A stretch of DNA of 64,000 bases from Owenia fusiformis. Its lineage: Eukaryota. Location of the stretch: assembly GCA_903813345.2 (NCBI GenBank), contig CAIIXF020000001.1, positions 20,584,001 to 20,648,000 on the forward strand, read 5' to 3'. The translations under genes and the position numbers were made by a program. The notes beneath the pieces were generated by a model, which saw only the letters and a list, made by a program, of their open reading frames with translations, had not been told where the DNA came from and searched no databases. Positions 26,579 to 38,100 of this stretch are shown one piece after another (position 1 is the stretch's first letter; the number at the start of each line of letters is the position of its first letter).

Positions 26579-27456
26579 TTAGACCAGATGCCAGTATAAT
26601 AATATTGAATTTCTTGATTAGGTGCTTTTAATTAAAATTTTATCAGGAAATATACATTAATAATTATAACAAAAATTTGGTTTAACCATTTTGAATCTGA
26701 ATTTTAGGAAAATTTGGTTTCTAGATGGAGTAGGTTCACTGTAAAGCTCATCTTAAAGAATAGTAATAAAAATATGATATACATATATTCATTAGGTTAA
26801 ATGACAATTAGGGGGGGAGGCATTTTATATGTTTGGCATTTTGGTGACAACAAGAGTTAGCAACCTGGCAGTGTACATGGTAATTAATCACTGGTACTAA
26901 TTACTTTAAAGGCCCTATGCAAAGTTTAATTTCAAAAAGGTGGATCCCGAAGGACTTTTATTCAAAGAAATTGTGAATTTGATGGACAGCCATATCTATT
27001 AATAAGTAATACCCATGCATACCATACACTTTTGTTGTATTGATACCAATGATACAATAATATTTAAATTATGATAATGATAAATGCTAGCCCTACTTTT
27101 TTTAGCCATAAGTATCGCTTTGAATTGAACATTTAGCACATTAGCAGGAAATAATTTTCACTACAGTTGAGTAAATAGATTAAATTAAGTGCCCTCCATA
27201 ATTAATACAGGACATCCTTTCCCTGCATATGGTTTCTTACTAACCCAATCACCTGCTTCTGAAGATCCAACTTCAACTTATACATTTATTATAGTGGTAC
27301 CCTGGTGAGTGCACTAATTATATTACTTTTATTTATGATATAAGGTTTTTTAAATCAGATCATTTTAACAATTGTCCTTATGACAGCAGCAATGTTCCTA
27401 CATCTATATACTTTACTAGGGAAAAATAGAACTATTTTGATATTAATATATTTTAG

Positions 27457-30400
27457 TTTTAGAGTCATAAAATGTGATCAGTTTGAGGACAATGAAAGAA
27501 AAGGAATTGTTATGGGAGCTGATGCAGAGTGCAGATCTATTGGAAAGTAAGTTATTTTTAAGTTATAATTATTGCAATATAAACATCAATATCCTAGGTC
27601 TCATTTATGAAATATTCCTAGTATGTACTTAAATCTTAAAATTCATTTGTGTAACAATGGAAATCTTATGCTGGGTCATATCTCCAGTTCATATAAGTTT
27701 ATAGTATAGTATGGTATAGTTTAATTTGCTAGTATTAAAAAGATACTGAACAATTATTTTTATTTCCTTATGTTTTATATTTTTAACACAATCATTGTGA
27801 AGACTTTTAAAACAGTTGGAAAATTCCATTTTTATGATGGAGCTCAATGGAAAAATGGCTTAATCTGAATTATCTTCAAATGAAGTGGCTCAATTTTCTT
27901 TCATGTAATTGACAGTAACAATGCACATCACATTGGCGGGAGTTTTCAAATCCATGGAAAAAAGTGATATCTGTGGAATATTCTCCGTATTCCACATCGC
28001 TTTTTTCCAAGCATTTGCAAAATATCATAAATATATATACGTGTTATTCTACAGATTTGACCTCTACTATGGGATAAAGAATTATGTTTAGCACATATAG
28101 ACCATACATAATACATAAAGCAAGGGATATATTCAGTTAATATTGGTAATTGTACTGTATTTTGGTTACTGCCATACGTTGGTGATTCATATTTTACACT
28201 CAAAGACAGAGCCAGAAACTCCTCTTTGGGACTTGGATGAAGCCTGCACTGTTTTTATGAGTTGTGGACCACTCAGTGAACACTCAGAATTACATAAAGC
28301 ATGAACAAACTCTGAACTAGGAATGGTTTATTATGATACTGTAATTGTTTTCATCTTTTTTTAACAATTATGACAAAATACATATTATGCAATTAAATTT
28401 GGTAAAATATCACAAAGCGATGAGTTATGAAGATTGTGTATTTTCCTCTTCAGTGACATCCTAAATGTTAAAGGGGGTTCTGCAGTTGATGCTGCTATTG
28501 CAACTATGCTGTGTCATGGTGTGAAAATGCCTCATGCCATGGGCATAGGAGGAGGTAAACGCATTTCTCTTAATACTGTCTAAGTTTGAAATCAATGGCA
28601 TGGAATGTATATTAATTTAGTTTAAACAAAGGGCTGATGTGAAAAAAGTCATTCAACCCTGATAATTCAACCCTAATAATTATGGTTATTTTAAAACTAA
28701 AATAGGCTTCCACATGGTGGTATACGACCGCAAAAGCAGAAAGGCGGAACACATAGATGCCAGAGACATGTCACCAGCGGCTGCAGATATCAACATTTTT
28801 AACAATGAAAAATTTGTTAATCACACATTGCATGATTATCAAACTAAATGGGGTAAGAGTCCATAAGAAATATTTGTTAGTAGGCCTATAAGTACTAGAT
28901 TTTGTCACTGCTTCAACAATGGGTTTTTATTTGAAATAGGGGCATATTTCAAGAGATGTTCTCTCAAAAGCCCATTAGCATTCTTATGCGTGCTTTTAAA
29001 TCCATGCTCAGTGAGAAAAACGATATAATCAAATTCCATATTTCCACAGCCACCTGTCTTGAAAATATCAATATTATCTTTTTATTATATTATTATTCAG
29101 TTACCATGGATGATGGAAATGTGTGTTTCAAATATCATTGTCCCTTACTTTAATTTCATAAAAATATTATTTGCAATAATAGCATATGCAATTCTTTATG
29201 AAGAGATTAAAATTAGAATATAATTCCTTAACATTGCATAGTCGGGAATTTCATTCCCTACTTAGTCATTACCCTCATAATTGCCTTTATAATTGATAAA
29301 ATTAAAAATTGTGGGTCCACTCCCTACCTGATACAAAAGACCATTATTTTGGTGATTATTTTTAGGTTTGCTGTCCATAGCAGTACCCGGTGAATTATCT
29401 GGCTACTGGACTGCCCACCAAAGACATGGGAAACTGCCATGGGCTGACCTCTTTCAACCAACAATAAAACTTGCACGTTATGGTTTTCCTATGACAATGT
29501 ACACTGCATCTGCACTGAACTCTTGGAGTGCCACTAGAAGGGACCCTGTTGATGATGAATCTCTTTGGTAAGAATTTTGATTCATATATTCAAGTTCCTT
29601 GTTCTTCCCGTATGTTCATCTCCATTTTATATGGGGGTCCATGCTGGTAATATACACCATATTAGTCCTGGCTCATACTTCCTTAACTGTTTCCAAATAA
29701 GATAATGTGTGTTGCAATTGATGGTGAAAAGTAGTGTGAGTTTGAGCTTCCCAGGTTTTACTGTGTTTCCAGAGGGCTTTAACTTTATATTTCATTGGTC
29801 ATACCTCCTTGTATTCATGTAATATTTGTAATTTGACCTACTTTTAAGAAACTTACCTTTTACCAAAACATTTGCCAGGATTTGGAAAAAGTCGAGAAAG
29901 TATAATTTCATAAAGTATAGCTACGTTTATGCATTCTGGCATTGTTTCTGTTTACATGGAAATTGACAAATTTAAATTGAAAGGCATCATATGCATGACA
30001 GGCATCATATGAGAACAATATAGCTAAAACTATTCATTTAGTTGCTTTTTGATTTTAGTGAAATATTCTGCAACCCAGATGGAACACGAAAGCAAGAGGG
30101 AGACTTATTCAAAATGCCAAAGCTAGCAGATACATTGGAAATAATTTCTAAACAGGGTCCTAAAGCATTTTACGATGGCTGTCTCACTGACAAAATCATC
30201 GAAGAACTAAATTCGTTATCGAAAGATGTAACTGCTACAAATGTTTCTGATAAGTATTTCACTAGAGAGGACTTTAGGAATCACCAGGTGAAGGTCAGGG
30301 AACCCTTTACCACTAGATTGAAAAATCTGACAATGTTTGCCCCGACAAGCCCTGCATCTGGTCCTGTGGTGGGATTCATGTTAAAACTTATGGAAGGTAA

Positions 30401-32754
30401 CACTCTTTCATTTATTTCATTAAATAGTTGCTTTGTTGAGATTTACTTGGATTTCTATAGTTTTTAATATACACATGGGTTAAGAAATTCACAAAGGAAT
30501 AAAAAGAGCTTATATGAAGACCTATAGAGATGTGTTGACATTTAGTAATATATCTGAACACATTAATGGCCTTAAAACTCAGTATTTAAGAAACACAGAA
30601 AGAAAAACATAACACAGAAAAAGATAACTTAAGTGACAAGAAAGTAAACCCCATCATCCAATATAATTTTAAGCTAATCATGCATTGCTTGTTGTATAGG
30701 TTTTGATATTCAAGTGCCACCAGGAGGTAAAATGGACAATATCAGTGAAGCAAAAGTATACCACAAGATGGCTGAGGCTATGAAATTTGGGGTTGCTCAT
30801 AGATTACAACTTGGTGATATACCTGATCTAAGTGTGAGTTAAATTATAATTATATTCTACTGTATTTGGTCTTTATTCATGTGCTAAGTACAGCATACTG
30901 TTTGCTAAAGTTGAATATTCACAGATTATGCTAGTCTGTCTTGCAACAAGTCTCTCTGTCTTCCAACTCTTAGAGAAAATGGAAAGGTTAAATGTACAGT
31001 TGTAGGTCATTAACAAACATTCTTTTTATTATTTTAGATCCTAGACAAAATGAAAGATGAGAAATATATTGATGAGATAAGGAAGAAGATAGTAGAGACA
31101 TCCCATGATAATAAATACTCCTATGCTGAGAAATTTGCCAAAGAGGATGGTGGAACTCTTCACTTCTCAATATTTGCTGGAAATGGAGATGCTGTGTCTG
31201 TCACCTCTTCTATCAATGCACCGTATGTTAATATATTATCTTAAATAATATATATACTATATATAATATTATACTGTTATTTTTAATGAATGATATTATT
31301 GTCTAAATTGTCAGTTGGCTTGCTATGTTAATATATTATCTTTAATAATATATATTGTATATCATATTATTATTTTTAATTAATTGTATTATTATCTACA
31401 TCGTCAGTTGGCTTTGTTTTCAGTTAGTTTGTTCAATTCTATTTGTATGTACTTTATCATTAAAGAACTGTTAATTTGGATTACCAACTATGACTCACAG
31501 GTCAGCTTTAAATTATGTAATGCTATTTTGAAATCAATTTTGCAGGTTAGGATCTTATCACAGATCTAGATCCACTGGTGTTATATTTAATAATATGATA
31601 ACAGATTTCACATATGATATACCACTTACCAGACAACTACTAAAACACAAGGTATGTAACAAGATATATTATTGCAAACAAATAAACAAGCAAACAAACA
31701 AGTGTATTTTAGTGGAAAGTGTCTGTTGTATTGTGCTATTCAGTAGAATTATATTTTGAGGTGTTGGCAAATAAAAAGGTCTAAATCATTTGAAAGACAT
31801 TTTGTTATTTCTAGGATTTGCATGCATCTGTTGAATCGGAGATTTTAATTTTAAAATAATTTTGATTACAATTTTTAGTTCCATGAAGCAAATTTGATAG
31901 GACCTAGGAAGAAGCCCATCTCGTCCCAATCACCAACCATACTTGTAGATGACAAAGGAGAGGTCCGCTATGTAGTCGGAGGTGCTGGGGGTTTCCACAT
32001 TATCAGTGCATTGTTACAGGTAATATTTACATTACTGATGATAAAAACTAATGATACATATTTTGAACAATGTGGATGTGGTAAATTAGTGCATTTAGTT
32101 TTATTGCATTTTAAGTGCTATATTATGATCTCATCTTGCACTGAGGTGTATGGGCATGCATAGCAAGAAATCTTGTCAATAATATAGAAAGAAAACCAAG
32201 AACAGATTAGTGCCACATTTTGATTAGATTAAACAGATTTAGATCAACCATGTTAATAGTAAGTTGATTTTTTAATTAGGAAACTAAATAGCTCATGGAC
32301 CAAATGTGTTATATTTCAGGTTATAACTCGTATTTTATGGCTTGGGCAAGACATTAAGACTGCTATTGATATGCCTAGAATGACAAACACCCTAGTCTTC
32401 TATAGACTGAGATATGAGAAGGAGTTTGATGTGGTAAGATAGTCAACAATAATTTCATATAATAAAGTGGAATGTTTTAAGGTAGAATCAGATGTGGAAC
32501 TACTTTTTACTCAAACTAACAAAGTTCTAGGGGATATACATGAATCGTGTTTAATGAATACAAAAAAATTAGCTAAAAACATACTTCTAATTCATTTCAT
32601 ATCTTTCCAGAAAACCCTACGTTTGCTTAATTTGATGCGCCACAAGACTAGGCTTTTTGACTCGCTACCTTGTATTGCTCGTGTGGAGTGCATAATGCAG
32701 CATAATAATGGAACAATTGAAGGCTATTCTGATCAAAGGAAATTTGTGACATAA
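27457..32754 (+). CDS. GGT: Gamma-glutamyltransferase-like paralogue B; 5' end and start codon uncertain (possible upstream exon 27211-27304)
   Basis: Exons 27457-27546, 28454-28554, 28706-28852, 29366-29567, 30059-30396, 30700-30833, 31038-31222, 31546-31651, 31879-32019, 32320-32433, 32611-32754. Intron positions and phases match paralogue A. Motifs [34 protein letters not shown]; ends SDQRKFVT*. Confidence 0.9.
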
Positions 32755-34314
32755 ACTGATTTGTACTGGAGAAAGTTGCTGTATACAGGGATAACCTCTG
32801 AATCAAGCCTACATATGTATTTTTATATGTTATTTATTTATTTATTGGATTCACTTTTAAAACAGAGGCACACACTAAACTGCATGTATGCATGTATATA
32901 TTACATGTATGTATATGTTAGTTACAGTATAACTTGAAATATATAGGCTAGTATTTGTTCCCTAAAATGTTAATTCTTTGATATAAATATATATTGCTCT
33001 CTAAAAGCATTGAAGATTGAATTTTATGACCATTTTTTCATGACTTTTAGCCTTTTGTTTTTCAAAAATAATCGAAATTCATACCATTATTACCAATACC
33101 CATGGTGCCATCTATTTTCCATTTATATGGAAAAAGGTCAATTACAAGTATCAAAAAACATATTTGTCTTAACATTGTTGGAAAGATGGAGAAAAAGTTA
33201 TTATTTCAAATGTCATTTTTATGTACAGCTTAAATGTTCATAGCTTATTTAAAATTAAGTTTGGGATGTCAGGAGGTAACTTTTGTTTTATTTTAAAAAG
33301 AAATGTTTTGGCCAAAGGTGGTTTAAACTTAATATTGGGCCTTTAACACAGAGATCTGAAATATGACTTTGGTCATTTCCCCAACCATTAAAAGCTTTGT
33401 CACCCAAAATAGATAACTACATGTACTAAGGTGATATAGAACTAGATGACAGTTGTTCATCACAGGACCTTATCGTATTCAGAATTAAGTTTGTTCTTTT
33501 ACTGTGACAAACAAAGCTGCAACATTGGACAGCTTTTTGACATTGATGCCACATAAATTCCAAATAATGATTCCTTGATCCCATTGCTCCTTGTCTGCAT
33601 TCAGACCGAATCACACTGTTGATGCCTTCAGTTCTGACATAGATGTCGAAACCAACCTTACATATAAGGCAGTTACATGTATAATATATAAACAATAAAT
33701 AAAAATATCGTAAAAAAGTTAATAAAGTAAACATAAAGCGACTCTGTGATGAATTAATAATAAACATTTGGAATCTATATTTCTGTAGTATTGTTTCGAA
33801 TTAATTTGAATACAAAAACATCTCATACCTGGATTATTCCCAGGAACATCCCTTTCACCAATAGAATAGAGAAAATGTTTGGACATACTTCTCCTTTAAA
33901 TCACCAAATGACCATGAGATATTGACATGTAGTTAAGATAATTTAAAATCTTATAATTATAATGATATAAAAATGCCATTTATGTTACCATAACAATACC
34001 AATTACATTTGAATTTACCTTTGTCATTAGGAACATACACAAAAATAACTCTTGAAAAGGTTTTTAAATTACAAGAATTATTTGAAATGCCCCCGCCCAG
34101 TTTTCACATTAGTCATGCTGTTTCACTATGGCAACCACTTGACCAATCACATGCACCTTTAAACTTACCATATCAAATGGTGTCCTGTGTACCCATGACC
34201 CTTATCATTATGATTGTGTTTGATACTGTCTAAATGAAATTATTAGGAATTGTAACCATTGCTTACTTTTGAGTAGAGAGAACGGTAGTGACAAAATATA
34301 TTCAAGAGTCATAG

Positions 34315-34432
34315 ACATCATCTACCAAAATTGGTGACATATTTGTTATGGTCTCCATTCTTTGTGACTGCGGCGTCTGGCGTAAGGCATTTATAACAAT
34401 TGGCAGGTGGTGACATTTTGCATGTTAAGGCT
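34315..34432 (+). mobile_element. Short HINE-like element (family 1)
   Basis: TGGTGACATATTTGTTATGGTCTCC..GGCGTCTGGCG..GGTGGTGACATTTTGCATGTTAA; same ends as 57784-59264 but without the tandem array. Confidence 0.65.
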
Positions 34433-35132
34433 GCACTGTATGCCTTGTTAAAATAATCATTCTTTAAAAATCACTAAATATGTTTTCGATGTTTAATTTC
34501 ATGTTGATTGGAATTGAGACAAAGTATTTATTAACCCATAATTAGATAAAATATTGACATTAATAAACAGGTATCTATCTTAGTGTTAAACTTTGGACAA
34601 TGAGTACATTGATATAAGCGATTTTACATGTACATGTATATTCCAAAACAAAAAAAAATCAAAATCCAAAAAAGATTAAACCATTTACTGTTATCATTTG
34701 ACCCACTTTGTAATAATAGAGAGTTTATGAATACTTGATGAGTAAGTAGCGGTTTAAGTAGAACGTGTTGTCTTTACCCGTGTCTTTATAACTCATCAAT
34801 GAGATTAGGGAGGTTAAGCTACACGTTTTAAAAAGAACTTGTGTGCTAATGGTCCTCTGGGGATTAGTTCTTCTCTTCTAATGGTATTTACTGACCGATT
34901 GAATATTAAGGCTAAAACTCAACGTTATCGCGTATTGGTATATTTAATTAAAATTTGGTCCCTGAAAAAATTAAATGAGGCAGTAATCCCTGGTGGTCGA
35001 TATTAGACCTTCAAGTTCTCATAAAGATGTGTAGCTTAACCTTTATAAAACATTTTACGTGTCATAAGTTCATATCTGTCACGATAGAGGTTATAAAATA
35101 CAATTTCTCAAGATTTTAGTCATTTTGCGAAA

Positions 35133-38100
35133 ATGACTGTCTTGGTGAACATAGTGTTGTTCATCTGCGTTCCCTGTGCAGTGGCATACAGGGGACCTGT
35201 CACGCCTTTTATAAAGTCTGTGAAGAGAAACATGATGCATGGTGCAGCTATCGGGAACAACAATCCTGAAAGGCTTATAAACAATATCAAAGTATGGACG
35301 GACCTAAGGGATGCATCTCGATCGCTGCTTTCCAATGCTATCCAAGAAGATCGGAAATCTAACCATGAGATTGGGAATGGCGGCATACGCATATTGGATC
35401 AACATCAGCATATTTTGCGCAATGTCAGCGGCAGCAATAGTCGACCTCGACGAAATCGAAAACTACACTACCAGGATATCACGGAACTCCGGCTCCTCTC
35501 TAGAGCTGTGGTTGCTATGGATGCAACGAGAGAAAAACCGATTCAAAGAAGGTTCAAAATGGTCAACAGAAATCAACACCGAAGAAGAGTCCAATCAGTC
35601 TCACGACCAGATAAAAATTCAGCCCCACGCAAAGATGGAAATTCAGCCCCAGGCCCCGATGAAAATTCAGCCCCATCCCCAGATGGAAATTCAGCCCCAC
35701 GCCCAGATGAAAATTCAGTTATACGGCCCGATGACGTGTCTGAGTTGTGCTGGGATCATTGGACACACCAACAAAGAGGGCTTGAACTGTTTAGATTGCA
35801 CGAGTGGGCATTCGTTAGTAAGTTATCTATTTTTGATCTTTACGACCTATGGGCTATCCTGTATTTGTACTTATCCCATGGTTGCAAGGATATAGATCGA
35901 ATATCACATGAAGATATGAATGTGGATCAAGATATCATATTTTAGCAAAAAAAATTCTCAAACCATCGAATATCACTTTTAAACTATCGAATATCACGTC
36001 TTAAAAAGTGATATTCGATGGTTTGAAAAGTGATATTCGATGGTTTCGAATTTTTTCAAAAAAATTTCTTTTTACGTTTTTTATTAATTATTTTCAAAAA
36101 TATTTTTAAAAAATTTCAAAATTTCAAAAAAAAAATTTTAACATTTTTTCACATTTTTTTCAATTTTTTCTCAAATTGTATTTTTCAACTTTTTTCGCTG
36201 ATGATAATTTCCCATGGGATAAACGGACAATCCTATGGTTTTTCAAAAATATCAATTATATCCACTCGTGGATACAAATATCTTCACTCATTCGCTGCGC
36301 TCACTCATGAAGATATCAATATCCACTCATGGATATAAATGATATTTTTTTAAAACCATAGGATATTCCTATAATATCGAACACTTACATGTATGCAAAA
36401 GTACGTACAATCCAAGAAAGTCACATTATTTTGTAATCTGCTCCTTTCTTTTATGCACAGTGGTAAAAGAGATGATGAACGGTAATATTTTACTCCTTTT
36501 TGCTTTTAAATTATAAAACCCTGTATCTCTTTCTTTTTATCGCTACCACAAGGGTTTTGCCTCGTGGATGCTGAGTGCACGGAATTGTTATGATTGTGGC
36601 TTATTAAAAGATATGCGTGACCTCTAAAAGTCCAAAAAGTCCTTCAAAAACCACTTTTTGAAATTAAAAAAGAAATTCACATATCACACTTTGATAACAT
36701 TGGGTAAATTAAGACTACAATATAAGCCAAAGTGGTTTAAACTTTATATGGGGACTTTATTACTTTATCACTAAATGTGAAAAGATTGCAAATATAGTTG
36801 ATCCTTGTGTGAGCCCTATAATTATATACTTTGCCAAAATGAATATAATGGTAATTAAAATATTTTGAAAACATTGAATAGGTAAAATAGGAATATTATC
36901 ATTAACAATAATGACTTTTGAATTAAGATGGCATTTTCAGGTCAGAAATATATAATTCTTCACCATTATTGTTTTTTGTAAAAATGGCCACACGCAAATG
37001 GACCATCATACTTATCAATATCAAATTTTCCTCCTATACTGTATACTCATTGCGATTATTTGAAAAAAATTTTTTTTATCAAACTCATCTTTTTGATGGT
37101 TGCATCTTGTGGCAAGCCGTTTAGCCCATTCATGTCACCTTTTTGAGTGCAGACAAGTAAAAATGACTATGTTGATGGACCATTCTAGTCTATAATGATG
37201 ATGGGTCACTTCATCGTACATTTAGTAACACCCCAGTCACATTTCCTACGACTGCCGTGCGGTCTATCATTTCTGCGGTCAGTAACATTTCTACGCTCGT
37301 CGTGGAATTTCTGCGGTCGGATACTTTTGCAGTCACATTTCCTACGGCAGCCGCGCGTCGAGTTTTTGAATTTCTGTTGATTTAACTTTAATTCATCTTT
37401 TTATTTTATCTACATCGGTATAATTTATAAATGTGGTTTGTAGTGTTAGGACTGATATACTATCGAATAAAAAGTGCAAGTGAAACATAAGTTGCTGTGG
37501 TATCAGTTACCTTACATCAAACTGTATACGTATTGTGTTGTGTTTACATCAAATATATGACCGAAAACTGACATAAAAACTGTTTCCAAAGGTACACTAC
37601 CCATCAAACCCTACAGCAGACGCAAGTCAACGGCAAACCCGACGTACGGCCACCGTTGGACCTTTCTGCGGTCTGGCTATGTTGATTTCTACGGGGACCG
37701 CAGAAATGAACAAATATTATAACTCCGAGTTATAATTTCTACGGCTACCCTGTGGCCTGTAAAAATTGAATACGCCATATGGAGAGTCCGCACTTGGCGA
37801 GCGTAGTTTTTCTACGCTCGCCGCAGAAATTCACTGATTTAATTGATCTGCGGTCGACGCACGGCCTTCGTACGACAAATGTGACTGGGGTGTAAGCTAC
37901 CCCAACATAGGTTTTTGTGATTTTCTGGAGTTTTGGCACACACTTTTCGGCTTGTGAATGTTTGACCGTCGAGTCTACATGCACGTGCAGTCTTGTACCT
38001 GTGTAATAACACCCCAGTCACATTTCCCACGGCCGCCGTGCGGTCTATCATTTCTGCAGCCAGTACATTTTCTACACTGATTTAATTGATCTGCGGTCGA

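Noticed and set aside
18995-28091. Similar ORFs 18995-19222 (-) and 27909-28091 (+) containing EKSDICGIF
   Set aside because: Two copies of an interspersed repeat, one intronic in GGT-B; no splice context or recognisable domain.
35818-35945. Treating ORF 35133-35945 as a standalone 270-aa secreted protein
   Set aside because: A GTAAGT donor at 35818 splices in frame to 39353 and rebuilds the NRF signature WAFV-MDDARGK; the ORF tail runs into a repeat.
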